Assembly: GCA_017397315.1 (NCBI GenBank)
Contig: JAFQJA010000017.1
Span: 1,804 to 65,803, forward strand
Direction of reading: 5' to 3'
From: Clostridia bacterium
GTDB lineage: Bacteria > Bacillota > Clostridia > Monoglobales > Firm-18
DNA length: 64,000 nt
The notes below the pieces were generated by a model. The model did no database searches and was not told the origin of the DNA. It saw only the letters and a program-made list of their open reading frames with translations. Both the position numbers and the translations under genes were made by a program. This document shows, in pieces, positions 26,183 through 34,875 of this stretch (the first letter of the stretch is position 1; every line of letters begins with the position of its first letter).

Positions 26183-26428
26183 TCTAACATTCGGTAAAAC
26201 AAATATGTTTTGAATGTAGAAATGTTAGAAACATTCTAACATATTTTTTGCCGAATGTTAGAAAAAATGTTAGACAATAAACCCTTATTACATCAGCGTT
26301 TGTGTTAGTTTTCTAACATTCTAACATTTTTTCTCTATTAACCTTAAAACAGAGAGATTAGAGCGTAAAATTACGCCCAAAACGCCTAATGTGGGCGCAT
26401 ACACGCACGCAAGGGTAAAATTGTTAGA
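26183..26428. repeat. Array of about 10 copies of an 8-bp motif, TCTAACAT / ATGTTAGA, in both orientations (candidate recombinase/RDF arm sites or operator array)
   Basis: TCTAACAT occurs at 26183, 26235, 26312 and 26320. ATGTTAGA occurs at 26222, 26255 and 26267. Variants occur at 26214, 26303 and 26422. There is a 12-bp perfect inverted repeat, TCTAACATTCGG (26183-26194) / CCGAATGTTAGA (26251-26262), and a 9-3-9 palindrome at 26222-26242. Confidence 0.7.
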
Positions 26429-26434
26429 TTACTA

Positions 26435-26480
26435 CAAAAAAGCCCCCAGGAGCTTAATATTGAGCTTCCTGGGGGCTTTT
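26435..26480. terminator. Bidirectional rho-independent terminator
   Basis: The GC-rich hairpin AGCCCCCAGGAGC...GCT(T)CCTGGGGGCT is flanked by A6 upstream and T4 downstream. The U-tract is better on the - strand, i.e. downstream of tRNA-Trp. Confidence 0.7.
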
Positions 26481-26555
26481 CTTATTCTACTGCTATTGTA
26501 ACAGCGAATATGTTTCGCCAAACCACTATTGTCGAGTGTTCGGCTGTGTTTGTTA

Positions 26556-26629
26556 TGGCAGGGGTAGAAGGACTCGAACCCTCAAGAACGGTTTTGGAGA
26601 CCGGCATGTTACCATTACATCATACCCCT
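26556..26629 (-). tRNA. trnW: tRNA-Trp (anticodon CCA), with encoded CCA end
   Basis: The reverse complement reads AGGGGTATGATGTAATGGTAACATGCCGGTCTCCAAAACCGTTCTTGAGGGTTCGAGTCCTTCTACCCCTGCCA. It forms a cloverleaf with a CUCCAAA anticodon loop and a GGTTCGAGTCC T-arm. Its 3' end points toward the prophage. Confidence 0.9.
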
Positions 26630-26679
26630 AAAGAGCGCCATATTAAGTTGTTTTTGTGTTATAATACTGTCATAGGGAC

Positions 26680-26721
26680 ACGGCTTTGGAGACCGGTATG
26701 TTACCATTACATTATACCCCT
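26680..26721 (-). pseudogene. 5' fragment of a second tRNA-Trp (positions 1-42 only, no T-arm)
   Basis: AGGGGTATAATGTAATGGTAACATACCGGTCTCCAAAGCCGT matches the intact tRNA-Trp at 39 of 42 positions and then diverges. An extended -10 'TTGTATAAT' lies just upstream on the - strand. Confidence 0.75.
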
Positions 26722-26761
26722 ATTTGCGACCTTTACATTATACAATAAAGGCCTTTTGCTG

Positions 26762-27235
26762 TCAAGACTTTTTAAGAAAATTATGAATTTGTTTATTGTT
26801 CTTAAGAATAATTAATAGAGGGACACCTAGCAAATAACAAGACACTAGCTGGCCCGCGGTAACAGTCAGCATATTTATATACCAAATTCCACCGTAAATT
26901 AATGTTAAATATCCACCAACAACCAAACCGTTTAACAAAACAGGGGGCAAAGGTACAAGCCATTTATAATTTCGTAACTTATATGATAAATATGCAGCAA
27001 CAAGTGTTGTTAGGCTTCCAAAAATAATATCAACAACACTTCCTGTTGCAAGATTAGCAACTACGCAGCCTACAAATACACCAAATATTGCGACCGCGTT
27101 AATTGCGGGTAATACTGTTAAAACTTCTGATACTCTTACCTGAACAGGTCCATAACTTATTGGAGCACAAAGAATTGAAATTACAGCATATACAGCTGCA
27201 ATAACTGCTCCGTATAAAAGTCTTCTTAGTTTCAT
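26762..27235 (-). CDS. queT: QueT family queuosine-precursor transporter (ECF S-component-like)
   Basis: 157 aa and polytopic. 'YAVISILCAPISYGPVQVRVSEVLTVLP' resembles the QueT N-terminal signature. Only 11 nt separate it from the upstream gene. Confidence 0.7.
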   Translation of the reverse strand: MKLRRLLYGAVIAAVYAVISILCAPISYGPVQVRVSEVLTVLPAINAVAIFGVFVGCVVANLATGSVVDIIFGSLTTLVAAYLSYKLRNYKWLVPLPPVLLNGLVVGGYLTLIYGGIWYINMLTVTAGQLVSCYLLGVPLLIILKNNKQIHNFLKKS

Positions 27236-27246
27236 CGGTAAATCTC

Positions 27247-28569
27247 CTAATTAAATTTTAATTCTAATAGTTGTGCCAAATCCTCAGCACGCTTAGTTAT
27301 AAACTCCAAATCTTCGCCCTCAATCGCCACTTCAAGATTTCCTTCATTATCGGGAAAAATTACCGCTTTTCCTTTACCGTCAAAATCAATATTCAGCTGT
27401 CTTAACTCTGCAACAATCAGTGTATCTTCCTTATAAGCATCAATGTTTTCAGGTTTTACCTTTGCCTTAACAGAAATGTGAGGCAATATATTTGCAGTCG
27501 AAGCAAGTGAAGACATATATTTCCCGCTGTTTTTATAAATGCACAACAATTGAAGAGCAGTAATAAGTCCATCACTTACAGCACTGTGCTGTGGAAAAAT
27601 TATATATCCGGATTGTTCTCCGCCGATTGAATAATTGTTGGCAACAATTTCATCAGCTATGTTCGCGTGTGCCGATACAGTTTCCATAACGGTAATTTCA
27701 TTATCGGAAGCGGAATTAATTATCCCAACATTACTTTGGGTTGTCAATAAAATTGTATCATCATTTAGTTGATTTTTATTTTTCATATCTATTGCACAAA
27801 TAGTAATTATACTGTCTCCGTCAATAACATTTCCTTTTTCATCAACAAAAATGACCTTATCACCATTGCCGTTAAAAGCGACCCCTACATCAGCGCCTGA
27901 TTCAACAACAAATTTTTGTAAATTCTCAATGTTAGTTGTGCCACAATTCAGATTAACATTTTTTGCATTTGGGGTATTATTAATAGCAAATACAGTTGCA
28001 CCTAAATCTTCAAAAATATCAGTGCCGATAATAGAGTTAACACCATTTGCACAGTCAACTGCAATCTTAATACCTTTTAAGTCGGAATTAACTGTTGATT
28101 TAACAAAACTTATATAATCAAAAATACTGTCGGTTTTTCTTGATACAGTTCCTATATTCTCGATGTTTACCAATGGTAAAGCCTTCTCAATACTAATGTT
28201 ACCGTTATAAATACTGCCATCTTTATTAAACACAACTATACCGTTGTAATTAAATAAGCCATCAGAATCACAAACTGAGATACCTGCATCTGCCTCATAT
28301 AATTTAGTGAAATGAGACATTGCAGGAGTAGGTACAATACCTAAAAGCACTACATCAGCACCTGCACTTAATAATCCTGCAGTAAGTGCACATTCAATCA
28401 TATCTCCTGATGCACGGGTATCTCTCCCGATTATAACTTTTGGTTTTTCAAAGAAGGGCAATTCAGAAAAAAGTGCCCGACCAAATTCAAAAGCAAACTG
28501 TGGAGTAAGTTCTTTATTAACAATTCCTCTGATACTTTCTGTTTCACGCATAGATACCATAGAGAACAC
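27247..28569 (-). CDS. Phosphoglucosamine/phosphohexose mutase-like protein with degenerate catalytic motifs
   Basis: Collinear with GlmM (IRGIVNKELTP, GRDTRASG, GGEQSGY). However, SASHNP is replaced by SVCDSD (nt 28261-28281) and DGDGDR by NGNGDK (nt 27852-27881). The start could be any of three nearby Met codons. Confidence 0.65.
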   Translation of the reverse strand: MFSMVSMRETESIRGIVNKELTPQFAFEFGRALFSELPFFEKPKVIIGRDTRASGDMIECALTAGLLSAGADVVLLGIVPTPAMSHFTKLYEADAGISVCDSDGLFNYNGIVVFNKDGSIYNGNISIEKALPLVNIENIGTVSRKTDSIFDYISFVKSTVNSDLKGIKIAVDCANGVNSIIGTDIFEDLGATVFAINNTPNAKNVNLNCGTTNIENLQKFVVESGADVGVAFNGNGDKVIFVDEKGNVIDGDSIITICAIDMKNKNQLNDDTILLTTQSNVGIINSASDNEITVMETVSAHANIADEIVANNYSIGGEQSGYIIFPQHSAVSDGLITALQLLCIYKNSGKYMSSLASTANILPHISVKAKVKPENIDAYKEDTLIVAELRQLNIDFDGKGKAVIFPDNEGNLEVAIEGEDLEFITKRAEDLAQLLELKFN

Positions 28570-28764
28570 CTCAAATTTCCTTAGTCATTTCAATAGGGTT
28601 ACACCCACCGTAAAAATAATCATAGTTGCTTCCGTCCAATAAAAATTATCATAATTCTTGCTGAAACTATGAAATTTCTAATATATAACAGTCTTACTGT
28701 AAAATTATAACATAATTATAAAATATTTTCAAGCAATACTTAATATAATATATTGGTGATTAAT

Positions 28765-28992
28765 ATGTGCAAATTCAGCGAACTTAAAAACAAAGAGGTT
28801 ATAAATGTATCAACCGGCGAAAGACTGGGTTTTGTATGCGACATAGAATTTGACAATGAAACAGGAAAAATTAAATCCATAGTACTTCCACCCTCGAAAA
28901 ACAAGTTGTTTTCATTCAGCAAAGAAAATGAAACAGTGATTTTGTGGAATGAAATAAAAAAAATAGGCAACGATATAATCATAGTAAATTAA
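28765..28992 (+). CDS. ylmC: YlmC/YmxH family sporulation protein (PRC-barrel)
   Basis: 'MCKFSELKNKEVINVSTGERLGFVCDIEFDNETGKIKSIVLP...ILWNEIKKIGNDIIIV' is collinear with Bacillus YlmC. Confidence 0.8.
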   Translation: MCKFSELKNKEVINVSTGERLGFVCDIEFDNETGKIKSIVLPPSKNKLFSFSKENETVILWNEIKKIGNDIIIVN

Positions 28993-28996
28993 AAAG

Positions 28997-29020
28997 TCGG
29001 GAGTGAAAAATCACTCCCGA
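28997..29020. terminator. Bidirectional terminator between convergent genes
   Basis: Perfect 10-bp stem TCGGGAGTGA-aaaa-TCACTCCCGA, with an A-run upstream. Confidence 0.7.
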
Positions 29021-29025
29021 AACTA

Positions 29026-30384
29026 TTAGTTCTTTAAACTATTGATAGGTGCAGGAATTCTTCCTCCCCTTTTAACAAAATCATCACTTTTATACTTATT
29101 AAGAGGCATTACATAAGCATGTCCTAAAAGACCTCCAAAATCAATCCTGTCGCCAACTTTTGCACCGGGAGCAGGAATAACACGAACTGCTGTTGTTTTA
29201 GTATTAATCATACCAATAGCAGCTTCATCTGCAATAATCGCCGCAATGGTTTCAGGACTGGTATCCCCCGGAACAGCAAACATATCAAGTCCAACAGAGC
29301 AGACGCATGTCATTGCTTCTAATTTTTCTATAGAAAGTGCACCTATATTAACGGCATCAATCATTCCTGCATCTTCTGAAACCGGGATAAACGCACCGCT
29401 TAAACCTCCCACATGAGAAGAAGCCATAACTCCGCCTTTTTTAACAGCGTCATTCAAAAGTGCAAGTGCGGCAGTTGTGCCGTGCGTACCACACTTTTCA
29501 ATACCCATTTCCTCTAATATATAAGCAACACTGTCTCCTATTGCCGGAGTGGGTGCCAAAGACAAATCAACAATGCCGAAAGGAACATTTAGCCTTGATG
29601 ATGCTTCCTTTGCAACCAACTGACCCATTCTTGTGATTTTATAAGCAGTTCTTTTAATGGTATCGGCAACTATACTGAAATCCTCGCCCTTAACTTTTTC
29701 CAAAGCTTTTTTAACAACGCCCGGGCCTGATACACCGACATTAATTACTGTTTCAGGTTCGCCTTCTCCGTGAAACGCACCTGCCATAAATGGGTTGTCC
29801 TCAACAGCGTTTGAAAAGACTACTAATTTTGCACAACCGAAACCTGCTCTATCTTTTGTATATTCCGCAGTTAGTTTAATTATTTTCCCCATTTCATATA
29901 CTGCATCCATATTAATTCCGGCTCTTGTAGAAGCAACATTTACAGATGAACACACTTTTTCGGTTGTTGCAAGTGCTTCAGGAATTGAGTTAATCAAAAT
30001 TCTGTCGCCTTTTGTATATCCTTTGTGAACAAGTGCTGAAAAACCGCCAACAAAATTAACTCCCGTTTCGTCTGCCGCTTTATCAAGGCATTTTGCAATT
30101 TTAACATAACTGTCTGTATTGCAACTCTCACCTACTGCAGATATTGGTGTAACAGAAATTCGTTTGTTTATAATAGGAATTCCATACTCATGCTCAATAT
30201 CTTCCCCGGTTTTCACGAGATTTGCAGCCTTCTTAGTAATCTTGTCATAAATCTTGTTGCAAACTCTGTCAATATCCTCTCCGCAACAATCACGCAAAGA
30301 AATACCCATAGTAATAGTTCTTATATCAAGATTTTCCTCATTAATCATTTTTATGGTTTCTAAAATCTTATGAGAATTAATCAA
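29026..30384 (-). CDS. UPF0210 / PFL-like (DUF711) family protein
   Basis: '[27 protein letters not shown]' is a typical UPF0210 N-terminus. The gene is paired with the upstream small ACT protein, as in other Firmicutes. Confidence 0.8.
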   Translation of the reverse strand: MINSHKILETIKMINEENLDIRTITMGISLRDCCGEDIDRVCNKIYDKITKKAANLVKTGEDIEHEYGIPIINKRISVTPISAVGESCNTDSYVKIAKCLDKAADETGVNFVGGFSALVHKGYTKGDRILINSIPEALATTEKVCSSVNVASTRAGINMDAVYEMGKIIKLTAEYTKDRAGFGCAKLVVFSNAVEDNPFMAGAFHGEGEPETVINVGVSGPGVVKKALEKVKGEDFSIVADTIKRTAYKITRMGQLVAKEASSRLNVPFGIVDLSLAPTPAIGDSVAYILEEMGIEKCGTHGTTAALALLNDAVKKGGVMASSHVGGLSGAFIPVSEDAGMIDAVNIGALSIEKLEAMTCVCSVGLDMFAVPGDTSPETIAAIIADEAAIGMINTKTTAVRVIPAPGAKVGDRIDFGGLLGHAYVMPLNKYKSDDFVKRGGRIPAPINSLKN

Positions 30385-30396
30385 AACAATCTCCCC

Positions 30397-30666
30397 TTAA
30401 ATTTCTTGCATAGAATTAAAAATATCCTCATGCTGTGTTTTAATATCAACACCAAGTTCTTTCCCTGTTTCGTCAAGGACATCAACAAGCTGTGAAAAAG
30501 GAATATTTGATTTTGAAATATCCACTAACATAATCATAGTAAATATGTTTTGCATAATAGTTTGAGAAATATCTAAAATATTAACATTGTATTCGGCTAA
30601 AACTGCAGTAACTTTTGCAATAATACCAATCTTATCACTACCTAAAACAGTAACAACTGCTCTCAC
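30397..30666 (-). CDS. ACT domain protein (UPF0237)
   Basis: 'MRAVVTVLGSDKIGIIAKVTAVLAEYNVNILDISQTIM' is an ACT fold signature. Confidence 0.8.
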   Translation of the reverse strand: MRAVVTVLGSDKIGIIAKVTAVLAEYNVNILDISQTIMQNIFTMIMLVDISKSNIPFSQLVDVLDETGKELGVDIKTQHEDIFNSMQEI

Positions 30667-30676
30667 GGTAACACCC

Positions 30677-31408
30677 CTAATCTTTTTTATTTATCACATT
30701 GTATATAACAATTCCAGCTGCAACAGAAGCGTTAAGAGAATTAATTTTGCCCTTCATAGGAATGCTTATCAAAAAGTCGCATTTTTCAGCAACTATTCTT
30801 GAAACACCCTTGCCCTCGCTTCCAATAACTATACCAACTCCACCGCTGTAATCAGTCTCGTCGTATCCCATTGTAGCATCCTGATGAGTTGCATAAAACC
30901 AGATGCCCTCTTTTTTGAGTTTTTCAATGGTTGAGGCAATATTGGACACTTTAGCCACACGCATATACTCAATTGCACCTGCAGAAGTTTTGGCTACTGT
31001 AGAATTAAGACCTACGCTGTGTCTTTTTGGAATAATAATTCCGTGAACGCCTGCACCCTCAGCACTTCTTATAATTGAGCCTAAATTGTGTGGGTCTTCT
31101 ATCTCGTCCAAAATAACTATAAAAGGGTGTTCTCCCTTGCTTTTTGCATATTCAAGTATTTCCTCTACAGAATAATATCTGTGAGCGGAAACATAAGCAA
31201 TCACCCCTTGGTGATTGCCTGTTTCTGATAAATCATCTAATTTCTTTCTGTCAGCCTTAACAGTTGGTATTCCCTTATCTTTTGCAATACCAAGTATTTT
31301 TTTTATACTCCCGTCAATGCCCGAATACAGAATTTTATCAATGTCTCTGTCTGCCTTAAGTGCTTCCGTTATAGGGTTTCTGCCCTCTAATATATCACTC
31401 ATGGTCAA
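30677..31408 (-). CDS. rlmB: 23S rRNA (guanosine-2'-O)-methyltransferase RlmB (SpoU/TrmH family)
   Basis: Motifs 'EGRNPITEAL', 'DEIEDPHNLGSIIRSAEGAG', 'VIGSEGKGVS' and 'SLNASVAAGIVIY'. Confidence 0.85.
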   Translation of the reverse strand: MTMSDILEGRNPITEALKADRDIDKILYSGIDGSIKKILGIAKDKGIPTVKADRKKLDDLSETGNHQGVIAYVSAHRYYSVEEILEYAKSKGEHPFIVILDEIEDPHNLGSIIRSAEGAGVHGIIIPKRHSVGLNSTVAKTSAGAIEYMRVAKVSNIASTIEKLKKEGIWFYATHQDATMGYDETDYSGGVGIVIGSEGKGVSRIVAEKCDFLISIPMKGKINSLNASVAAGIVIYNVINKKD

Positions 31409-32606
31409 AAAATTTGTCGTGAATTGTTTTTACCGCTTTTTCTGCATCAGCTTTATTGATGATAACAGAAACCTTGATTTCTGATGTAGAAATCATCATA
31501 ATGTTAATTTGCGCATTGTATAATGCTTCAAACATTTTTGCGGCAACGCCGGGATTACTTACCATACCGGCACCAACTATTGAAACTTTGGATACATCTT
31601 TTTCACTGTCGATTTTCTGAGCACCAACCAATTCGAGGTTCTCTTCAAGTAATTCTATCGCTGAATCCAACTGGTTAAGCGGCACTGAGAAAGTAATGTC
31701 TTTGCTGTTTTCTCTACCCACTGATTGCAAAATCATATCAACATTGATATTACCTTTTGCTAGTAAAGAAAATACTTTAAACGCTTTACCGGGAGTATTT
31801 TCTACTCCTACTAAAGAAACAGTTGCTACATCATTATCACGGGTTACCCCTCTAACTAACATTTTTTCCACATTTTTTACCTCCTTAACTATAGTGCCGG
31901 GCACTCTTTCAAAACTAGATTTTACTTCAAGTTTAACATCATATTTTAAAGCAAGTTCAACTGAACGGTTGTGCAACACATTTGCACCAAGACTTGCGAG
32001 TTCAAGCATTTCATCATAAGAAATATCATCTAATTTCTGTGCATCTTTTACAATTCTTGGATCAGCAGTATAAACACCGTCAACATCTGTGTATATTTCA
32101 CATTTGTCAGCGTGCAGTGCTGCAGCCAAAGCAACTGCAGAAGTGTCGCTTCCGCCTCTGCCTAATGTTGTTATGTCGTCATATTTATTAATACCCTGGA
32201 AACCTGCTACAATAACTATTCTGTTTGAGTCAAGTTCCTTTTTAATTCTTTCTGTGTTTATTGTCTTAATTCTTGCCATACCATAAACGCTGTTGGTAGT
32301 AACCCCTGCCTGCCAACCTGTCAATGATACCACCGGACAACCAATTTTTTCGATAGCCATAGCAAGTAAAGACATAGAAATCTGTTCGCCGGCAGACAAC
32401 AAAACATCCATTTCGCGTTTAGATGGTTTTTTATTAATTTCGGCTGCTTTTTCAAGAAAATCATCTGTAGTATCACCCTGAGCGGAAACAACAACCACAA
32501 CTGAATTTCCTGTTTTGTATTCGTCAGTAATTATAGTTGCTACATTCATAACTTTTTGTGCATCAGCAACAGAACTTCCGCCGAATTTTTTTACTATTAA
32601 ACCCAC
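31395..32606 (-). CDS. Aspartate kinase
   Basis: 'IVKKFGGSSVADAQKV' and 'TLGRGGSDTSAVALAAAL', plus C-terminal ACT repeats. Confidence 0.9.
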   Translation of the reverse strand: MGLIVKKFGGSSVADAQKVMNVATIITDEYKTGNSVVVVVSAQGDTTDDFLEKAAEINKKPSKREMDVLLSAGEQISMSLLAMAIEKIGCPVVSLTGWQAGVTTNSVYGMARIKTINTERIKKELDSNRIVIVAGFQGINKYDDITTLGRGGSDTSAVALAAALHADKCEIYTDVDGVYTADPRIVKDAQKLDDISYDEMLELASLGANVLHNRSVELALKYDVKLEVKSSFERVPGTIVKEVKNVEKMLVRGVTRDNDVATVSLVGVENTPGKAFKVFSLLAKGNINVDMILQSVGRENSKDITFSVPLNQLDSAIELLEENLELVGAQKIDSEKDVSKVSIVGAGMVSNPGVAAKMFEALYNAQINIMMISTSEIKVSVIINKADAEKAVKTIHDKFFDHE

Positions 32607-32620
32607 TGTAACTCCTCCTT

Positions 32621-33526
32621 CTATATATTAACTGTTGCACCGTTTTGGTCTATTTCAACAATTTTTATACTCCAATTATTCATATGCTTATTTAAAAAAT
32701 CTTGTGCTTCATTTAAAAAGTTATTTTGAATTTTACTGTCAATTACAGACACTATTGTAGGACCTGAACCACTTATATATGTTCCGTAAGCGTTGTTATC
32801 TTTACCAAATTTAAATATCTTATTTACTCCACCGATAAGACATTTGCGGAATGGCTGATGCATTCTGTCCTGAAGGGCTGTACCAAGCAAATCATATCTA
32901 CCCGACATAATTGACGCGGTAAGCAAAGATGCTCTTGAAATGTTGTATACAGCATCAGTATGAGATACTGCTTTAGGCAACACACCTCTCGCACTTACAG
33001 TATTAAGCGGGAAATTAGGTATGAACAATGCAAAACGCAAATCATTATAGTTCGCAGGAAGTTTTATATATGATACAGGGTCTGTTTTTACAGCAACCGC
33101 AAATCCTCCTGTTATTGCCGGCGTAGTATTATCCGGATGTCCCTCTAGTTTACACGCCAGATTAACAATATCATCAACACCAAGAGTATTACCTGACAGA
33201 TAATTCCCTGCCAAAATTCCTCCTACTATACCTGAACTACTGCTTCCAAGACCTCTTGTAACGGGAATTTCATTATTTAAATTAATTTTTAATCCGTTGC
33301 ATTTATATCCGACTTTGTCAAAAACAGCTTTTATTCCCCGATAAACCAGATTGCGTTCGTCTTTTGGCAGAAATTTTTTAGAATCATCAACAACTTCTAT
33401 TTCCAACCCTGCGTCAGTTTCTTCTACAGATACTGTATTGTATAATTTTAACGCAACACCGATAGTATCAAAACCGCTTCCTATATTAGCACTTGTTGCA
33501 GGAATTTTAACTTGACAGTTTCCCAT
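32621..33526 (-). CDS. thrB: Homoserine kinase
   Basis: GHMP kinase motifs 'PATSANIGSGFDTIGVAL' and 'PVTRGLGSSSSGIVGG'. Confidence 0.9.
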   Translation of the reverse strand: MGNCQVKIPATSANIGSGFDTIGVALKLYNTVSVEETDAGLEIEVVDDSKKFLPKDERNLVYRGIKAVFDKVGYKCNGLKINLNNEIPVTRGLGSSSSGIVGGILAGNYLSGNTLGVDDIVNLACKLEGHPDNTTPAITGGFAVAVKTDPVSYIKLPANYNDLRFALFIPNFPLNTVSARGVLPKAVSHTDAVYNISRASLLTASIMSGRYDLLGTALQDRMHQPFRKCLIGGVNKIFKFGKDNNAYGTYISGSGPTIVSVIDSKIQNNFLNEAQDFLNKHMNNWSIKIVEIDQNGATVNI

Positions 33527-33542
33527 TTATATATATCTCCTC

Positions 33543-34754
33543 TTATAAAACAGTAATAGTATTAATTATACTGTCTTGTCCTAAAATACCTTGCAATTTT
33601 AAAATACATTCATTAAATTCATTTTCTGATAGATAATCAGTGATAAATACAATTTCTCCGTGCTCGGCTTTTAACATCTTAACTTCACCGAAAATTGCCG
33701 TTACAGCACTAACCCCTCTTCCGTTGTCGCAAACTCTTACATACATTCTAAACGGATCGGGGTTAACAGCAACTGTAACGCCACCGTCTTCCCAGAAAGG
33801 AGCACCGTAACCTTTGTGTTTAACTATATCAATTACATCAGCAACTACAGCACTTGCTGTCGGAAGTTTTCCTGCGCCTTTACCGTAAAACATAACATCA
33901 CCTGTTGCACTTCCGTTTACAAGTATTGCATTAAACACATCTTCAACATCTGATAAAGGATGATTTTTTGGCAACATAACAGGCGAAACACATGCGTAAA
34001 CACCGTTTCCGAAATTTTTACTTCTGGCTATCAACTTAATACTGTAGCCTTCTGCTTCTGCATAATTAACATCCTGAGCAGAAATTTTAGTAATTCCCTC
34101 TGTCTTGATTTCATTACTGTTAATGTGTTTACCGTATGCCAATGATGACAAAATAGCAATCTTTCTGCAGGCATCATGTCCCTCAATATCAGCAGCAGGA
34201 TTTTGTTCAGCATAACCTTTTGCCTGAGCATCCGAAAGAGCATTTTCAAAAGACACACCGTTTTTGAACATCTGTGTTAAAATATAATTGGTTGTGCCAT
34301 TTAAAATTCCAAGTATTGATGTAATATCATTAGCGGCTAGACAGTTGTTAAGGGGTCTTATTATAGGAATACCGCCACCAACACTTGCCTCAAACAAATA
34401 ACTCACATTATTTGCTTTTGCTATACTAAGTAACTCTGCACCGTGTGTTGCCACAAGTTCTTTATTTGATGTAACAACGCTCTTGCCTTTTAAAAGTGCT
34501 TGTTTTGTAAAATCATAAGCAGGTTTTAAACCACCCATTGTTTCTACAACAATTGAAATTTCATCGTCTTCCAATATATTATCATAATTATCAGTAACAA
34601 GGTTTTCGTAGGTGTCGCCAGGGAACTTTCTTATATCCAAAATTGCTTTAACAGTAATCTCATCCCCTGCTTTTTTATGGAACTGTCCGCCGTTTATAAT
34701 CTCAACTACACCCGAACCTACTGTGCCATAACCTAATACTGCTACATTCACCAT
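33543..34754 (-). CDS. hom: Homoserine dehydrogenase
   Basis: 'VAVLGYGTVGSGV' Rossmann N-terminus and 'NGTTNYILT'. The start is placed at the second ATG because its SD spacing is better. Confidence 0.88.
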   Translation of the reverse strand: MVNVAVLGYGTVGSGVVEIINGGQFHKKAGDEITVKAILDIRKFPGDTYENLVTDNYDNILEDDEISIVVETMGGLKPAYDFTKQALLKGKSVVTSNKELVATHGAELLSIAKANNVSYLFEASVGGGIPIIRPLNNCLAANDITSILGILNGTTNYILTQMFKNGVSFENALSDAQAKGYAEQNPAADIEGHDACRKIAILSSLAYGKHINSNEIKTEGITKISAQDVNYAEAEGYSIKLIARSKNFGNGVYACVSPVMLPKNHPLSDVEDVFNAILVNGSATGDVMFYGKGAGKLPTASAVVADVIDIVKHKGYGAPFWEDGGVTVAVNPDPFRMYVRVCDNGRGVSAVTAIFGEVKMLKAEHGEIVFITDYLSENEFNECILKLQGILGQDSIINTITVL

Positions 34755-34830
34755 TTTCAACATCCTTTCTGTAACTAGTTTATCATACCATAAAAAGCAA
34801 CATTTTTCAATATCTTTTTACCAAAATTTT

Positions 34831-34864
34831 TAAAAACCTTTGGAATAACAAAATTCCAAAGGTT
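34831..34864 (-). terminator. Rho-independent terminator after the lipoprotein gene
   Basis: 12-bp stem AACCTTTGGAAT / ATTCCAAAGGTT, with a T-run on the - strand. Confidence 0.7.
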
Positions 34865-34875
34865 TTATGTTTTAA

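Larger units (their letters stand above)
1..26500 (+). mobile_element. Prophage right arm (tail-fibre / DGR / lysis / polyvalent-cargo genes). The left end is outside the window; the right junction lies somewhere between 26148 and ~26721.
   Basis: Unbroken + strand block with tight or overlapping gene junctions. It encodes tail-fibre-like proteins, a DGR, holins, an endolysin and a giant polyvalent protein. It ends beside tRNA-Trp, where gene strand and visible base composition switch. No integrase is present in the window. Confidence 0.8.

Noticed and set aside
26183-26428. Checked whether the short-repeat arrays (here and at 36300-36390) could be CRISPR
   Set aside because: The repeat units are only 8-12 bp, occur in both orientations or directly in tandem without unique spacers, and no cas genes are nearby. 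This is not CRISPR.
1-26500. Looked for integrase, excisionase, repressor or terminase genes to define the prophage fully
   Set aside because: None is present in this window. Only the late, lysis and cargo arm is visible, so element type, att core and completeness cannot be established from this sequence alone.
26510-26815. 101-aa + strand ORF across the tRNA-Trp region
   Set aside because: It is the antisense read-through of tRNA-Trp and the tRNA fragment, and not a gene.
28570-28700. Possible preQ1 riboswitch upstream of the glmM-like/queT operon
   Set aside because: queT genes are often preQ1-regulated, and the leader ends in ...ACTAAGGAAAT, reminiscent of the preQ1-I tail. However, I could not fold a convincing P1 stem/loop with the conserved loop nucleotides. 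An Infernal scan against RF00522/RF01054/preQ1-III would settle it.
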